A stretch of DNA of 61,297 nt, filler included. It is 6 parts of 6 records of this genome, joined end to end, with 100 filler letters (N's around TTAATTAATTAA, not from the genome) between each part and the next. Parts side by side here need not be neighbours in the genome. Positions count along the whole stretch, not along the records: positions 54,514 to 61,297 come from SRR31156797_24445; 5 more parts are not named here. One strand, given 5' to 3'. The notes under the pieces were generated by a model. That model did no database searches, was not told the DNA's origin, and saw only the letters and a list, made by a program, of their open reading frames with translations. The position numbers and the translations under genes were made by a program. Shown in pieces: positions 59,434-61,297 of this stretch (the first letter of the stretch is position 1; every line of letters starts with the position of its first letter).

Positions 59434-60879
59434 TCAAAGACCAATAGACTTTGGGTCATATTGGATAGAGATGTAGTCGCAAAGATTGGAAATCTTATTT
59501 GTGAGGACAACAATATCATTGCGATGTCTATTAATATCTAGGAACTGCCCATTCTCATAACCTGTATCTGACTCTTCAGTGAATCCCTCTACAAAAACTA
59601 ATATTCCTATTTCTATACTTTCAGCGATGAGTCGCTTCATGGACTTTTCTGAGATCAAGTATTTTTCGTAGCATTCATGATCCTTGATAATAAATTTTAG
59701 AATTGTCTTCAAACTATCTTGGTTATTCTTGAAGCAGTCGTATATAACTGACTCAACTTGGTTCTCCCCTCTGTACATTCGATTCACGTACCCTTTGTAC
59801 GAGACTAGCATATTCCTGAGAAGAAACCAAATAAAGTAGAGCTCAAGCCATTGCATGGGAGAACTTGGAATTTCCTTATCTATATCTCTCCCGCTAAATA
59901 CTTCATTATATTCTTCAAAAGTTTGGCATGGCTTCCCTAAATAATCATAAAAAGACTTTATTCCATTCTCCCGATTTTTTTTAAAATGATTAAATGAATA
60001 ATGAGATCTTTTCTTAAGTTCTTTGAAATAGTTAAATTTCGGATTATAATATCTAAAAAAGAGAGCCATTTGCTGTTTGTGAATATCAAAGTTGTTGTCG
60101 CTATCTTTCATTCCAAAGAAATCTAGCTTCAATATTGTTTGATCATATTCTTTACTGGTAAGAAAAAAGGGGATATTGATATAATACAGATTGGAGAGGT
60201 CAACACTATTTATCTCATTAAACGTTTCTCTCCAGTAACAGTCAATAAATGACTTAAACCTAAGGTCTTCAACTTGTGGATATCCCTCTTTTAAGATAGG
60301 CACAGAGAAGCCATTTGGAAATTGTATGAAGGCTTTTTTATCTTTGTTATACAAAGAGCTTAGTCTTTTCCCCATCCTATCAAGTAGATCCTTCTGAGCT
60401 GGCTTCTCAAACAGCTCTTTACCAAAGTCAGTGTATAGATTTAGAAACGGCCAAAGAATCTCTGTAATCTTCACTGGAAACTGAATTGAACGGGTACGCG
60501 TCTTCGGAAGACTTTTTTGAATCATACTGATCTGTTCATTCTGTTTTCCAAGTATTCTGATGACGTTATTCAATTTGGGCTTGAGCTCATCAAAATGAGC
60601 AATTTCTTCCATTTCCACATACAACTCAGAAGAATCAAAGAAGGCCTTTTTGTTAGTTCCCAGGACCTGAAGCAGCCTTTCTAAGCGGCTAGAGTTCTTT
60701 GACAGGAAGAAACCTTTTCCATCTCTTTCTGTACGCAACAGCAGTTGAGCCAAGTTGTTGACACTCAAAGAATCTTCTCCGAGCCGATTAAACTCTTCAA
60801 CAACTTTCTTATGTCCACCGTAATTCTTGATAAGAGTCCTCAATTTTGCTCCATAAACGGTTGCTACTTCTATTTCCAT
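59434..60879 (-). CDS. hypothetical 481-aa protein with possible N-terminal XRE-like HTH and coiled coil
   Basis: Long AT-rich ORF; 18-nt gap containing the AGGAG SD of the SNF2 gene. Confidence 0.75.
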   Translation of the reverse strand: MEIEVATVYGAKLRTLIKNYGGHKKVVEEFNRLGEDSLSVNNLAQLLLRTERDGKGFFLSKNSSRLERLLQVLGTNKKAFFDSSELYVEMEEIAHFDELKPKLNNVIRILGKQNEQISMIQKSLPKTRTRSIQFPVKITEILWPFLNLYTDFGKELFEKPAQKDLLDRMGKRLSSLYNKDKKAFIQFPNGFSVPILKEGYPQVEDLRFKSFIDCYWRETFNEINSVDLSNLYYINIPFFLTSKEYDQTILKLDFFGMKDSDNNFDIHKQQMALFFRYYNPKFNYFKELKKRSHYSFNHFKKNRENGIKSFYDYLGKPCQTFEEYNEVFSGRDIDKEIPSSPMQWLELYFIWFLLRNMLVSYKGYVNRMYRGENQVESVIYDCFKNNQDSLKTILKFIIKDHECYEKYLISEKSMKRLIAESIEIGILVFVEGFTEESDTGYENGQFLDINRHRNDIVVLTNKISNLCDYISIQYDPKSIGL

Positions 60880-61267
60880 TACATGAATATAGTCAATTTA
60901 TAGTTTTTATTCAGCATATATGATGTAAAATATGACATATATTACATTTTATTACACTTTACTGAAGCTAGTAGTTCTATTGCACGCTGATAAATATTCT
61001 ATAAATCAATATCTCTCGCGCAATTCCTAGAAACCAATGAAGTTCTTACTTAACCTACGTATTTTCATTACAATATCCAAGCATACAGATTACGGAAGAT
61101 AACAAACCTGCATCGAATATTACCACTGTAAACAGAATGTCAACAGTTTAAGGGATTTTTTAGCCAACTAGAAGAGAAATCCGCCTTGACAGGAAAATTG
61201 TTATTTTGTTATTATACAAATAGTTAGACACGATTCAACGCAGATTAGTAGAATGTTATTCCCTCCG

Positions 61268-61297
61268 CTGGGGGACATGGGGTCGGTGGTTCAAATC
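61268..61297 (+). repeat. 3' half of tRNA-Pro(GGG) from the anticodon loop onward (att site), cut by the contig end
   Basis: CTGGGGG-ACATG-GGGTC-GGTGG-TTCAAAT-C; the upstream bases CCTCCG cannot pair with ACATG, so the 5' half is absent. Confidence 0.8.

Larger units (their letters stand above)
55236..61297. mobile_element. integrative element targeting tRNA-Pro(GGG); left boundary not visible
   Basis: Int, Xis and Rep-like genes, low GC, terminal tRNA 3' fragment. Confidence 0.75.

Noticed and set aside
61200-61297. Complete tRNA gene
   Set aside because: No acceptor 5' strand, D-arm or 5' anticodon stem upstream of 61268.

Overview
This window is not one locus. It is six contigs joined by 100-nt artificial linkers (N-runs around TTAATTAATTAA) at 22958-23057, 28539-28638, 34660-34759, 49150-49249 and 54414-54513, so gene neighbourhoods across linkers mean nothing. 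Taxonomic labels below are inferred from gene content and composition. (1) 1-22957, Desulfobacterota-like: an orange-protein (ORP)-type sigma54 cluster, a divergent CoA-persulfide reductase/rhodanese, a tungsten/molybdenum cofactor cluster (2x MoeA, MoeB-like, TaoR-like regulator, tupABC) and a hybrid kinase lacking a canonical start codon. (2) 23058-28538, Bacteroidota-like: VTC protein, PL11-like lipoprotein, USP, AKR and a possible structured RNA. (3) 28639-34659, Campylobacterota-like housekeeping run atpD-atpC-tolQRAB-pal-cpoB-slyD-fabD. (4) 34760-49149, Desulfobacterota-like: two frameshifted genes, a GT4/PP2C/FemAB/deacetylase group, decayed integration sites, Mut7-C and a COG2403 protein (probable arginine synthetase). 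(5) 49250-54413, GC-rich and probably spirochaete: rlmH, ankyrin protein, DUF445 and an OmpR/BaeS-type two-component pair. (6) 54514-61297: an AT-rich integrative element ending in the 3' half of tRNA-Pro(GGG). The two best novelty candidates are: (a) an unannotated ~175-nt sRNA (52452-52626, minus) with a near-consensus sigma70 promoter, five hairpins and two near-identical anti-Shine-Dalgarno loops, lying just downstream of a two-component system and 11-bp direct repeats; and (b) a two-gene cargo operon (HTH-bearing 481-aa unknown protein plus a minimal SNF2 ATPase) on an Int/Xis/Rep_trans-like element, a candidate new defence system. All family assignments come from motif recognition by eye; no database searches were run.
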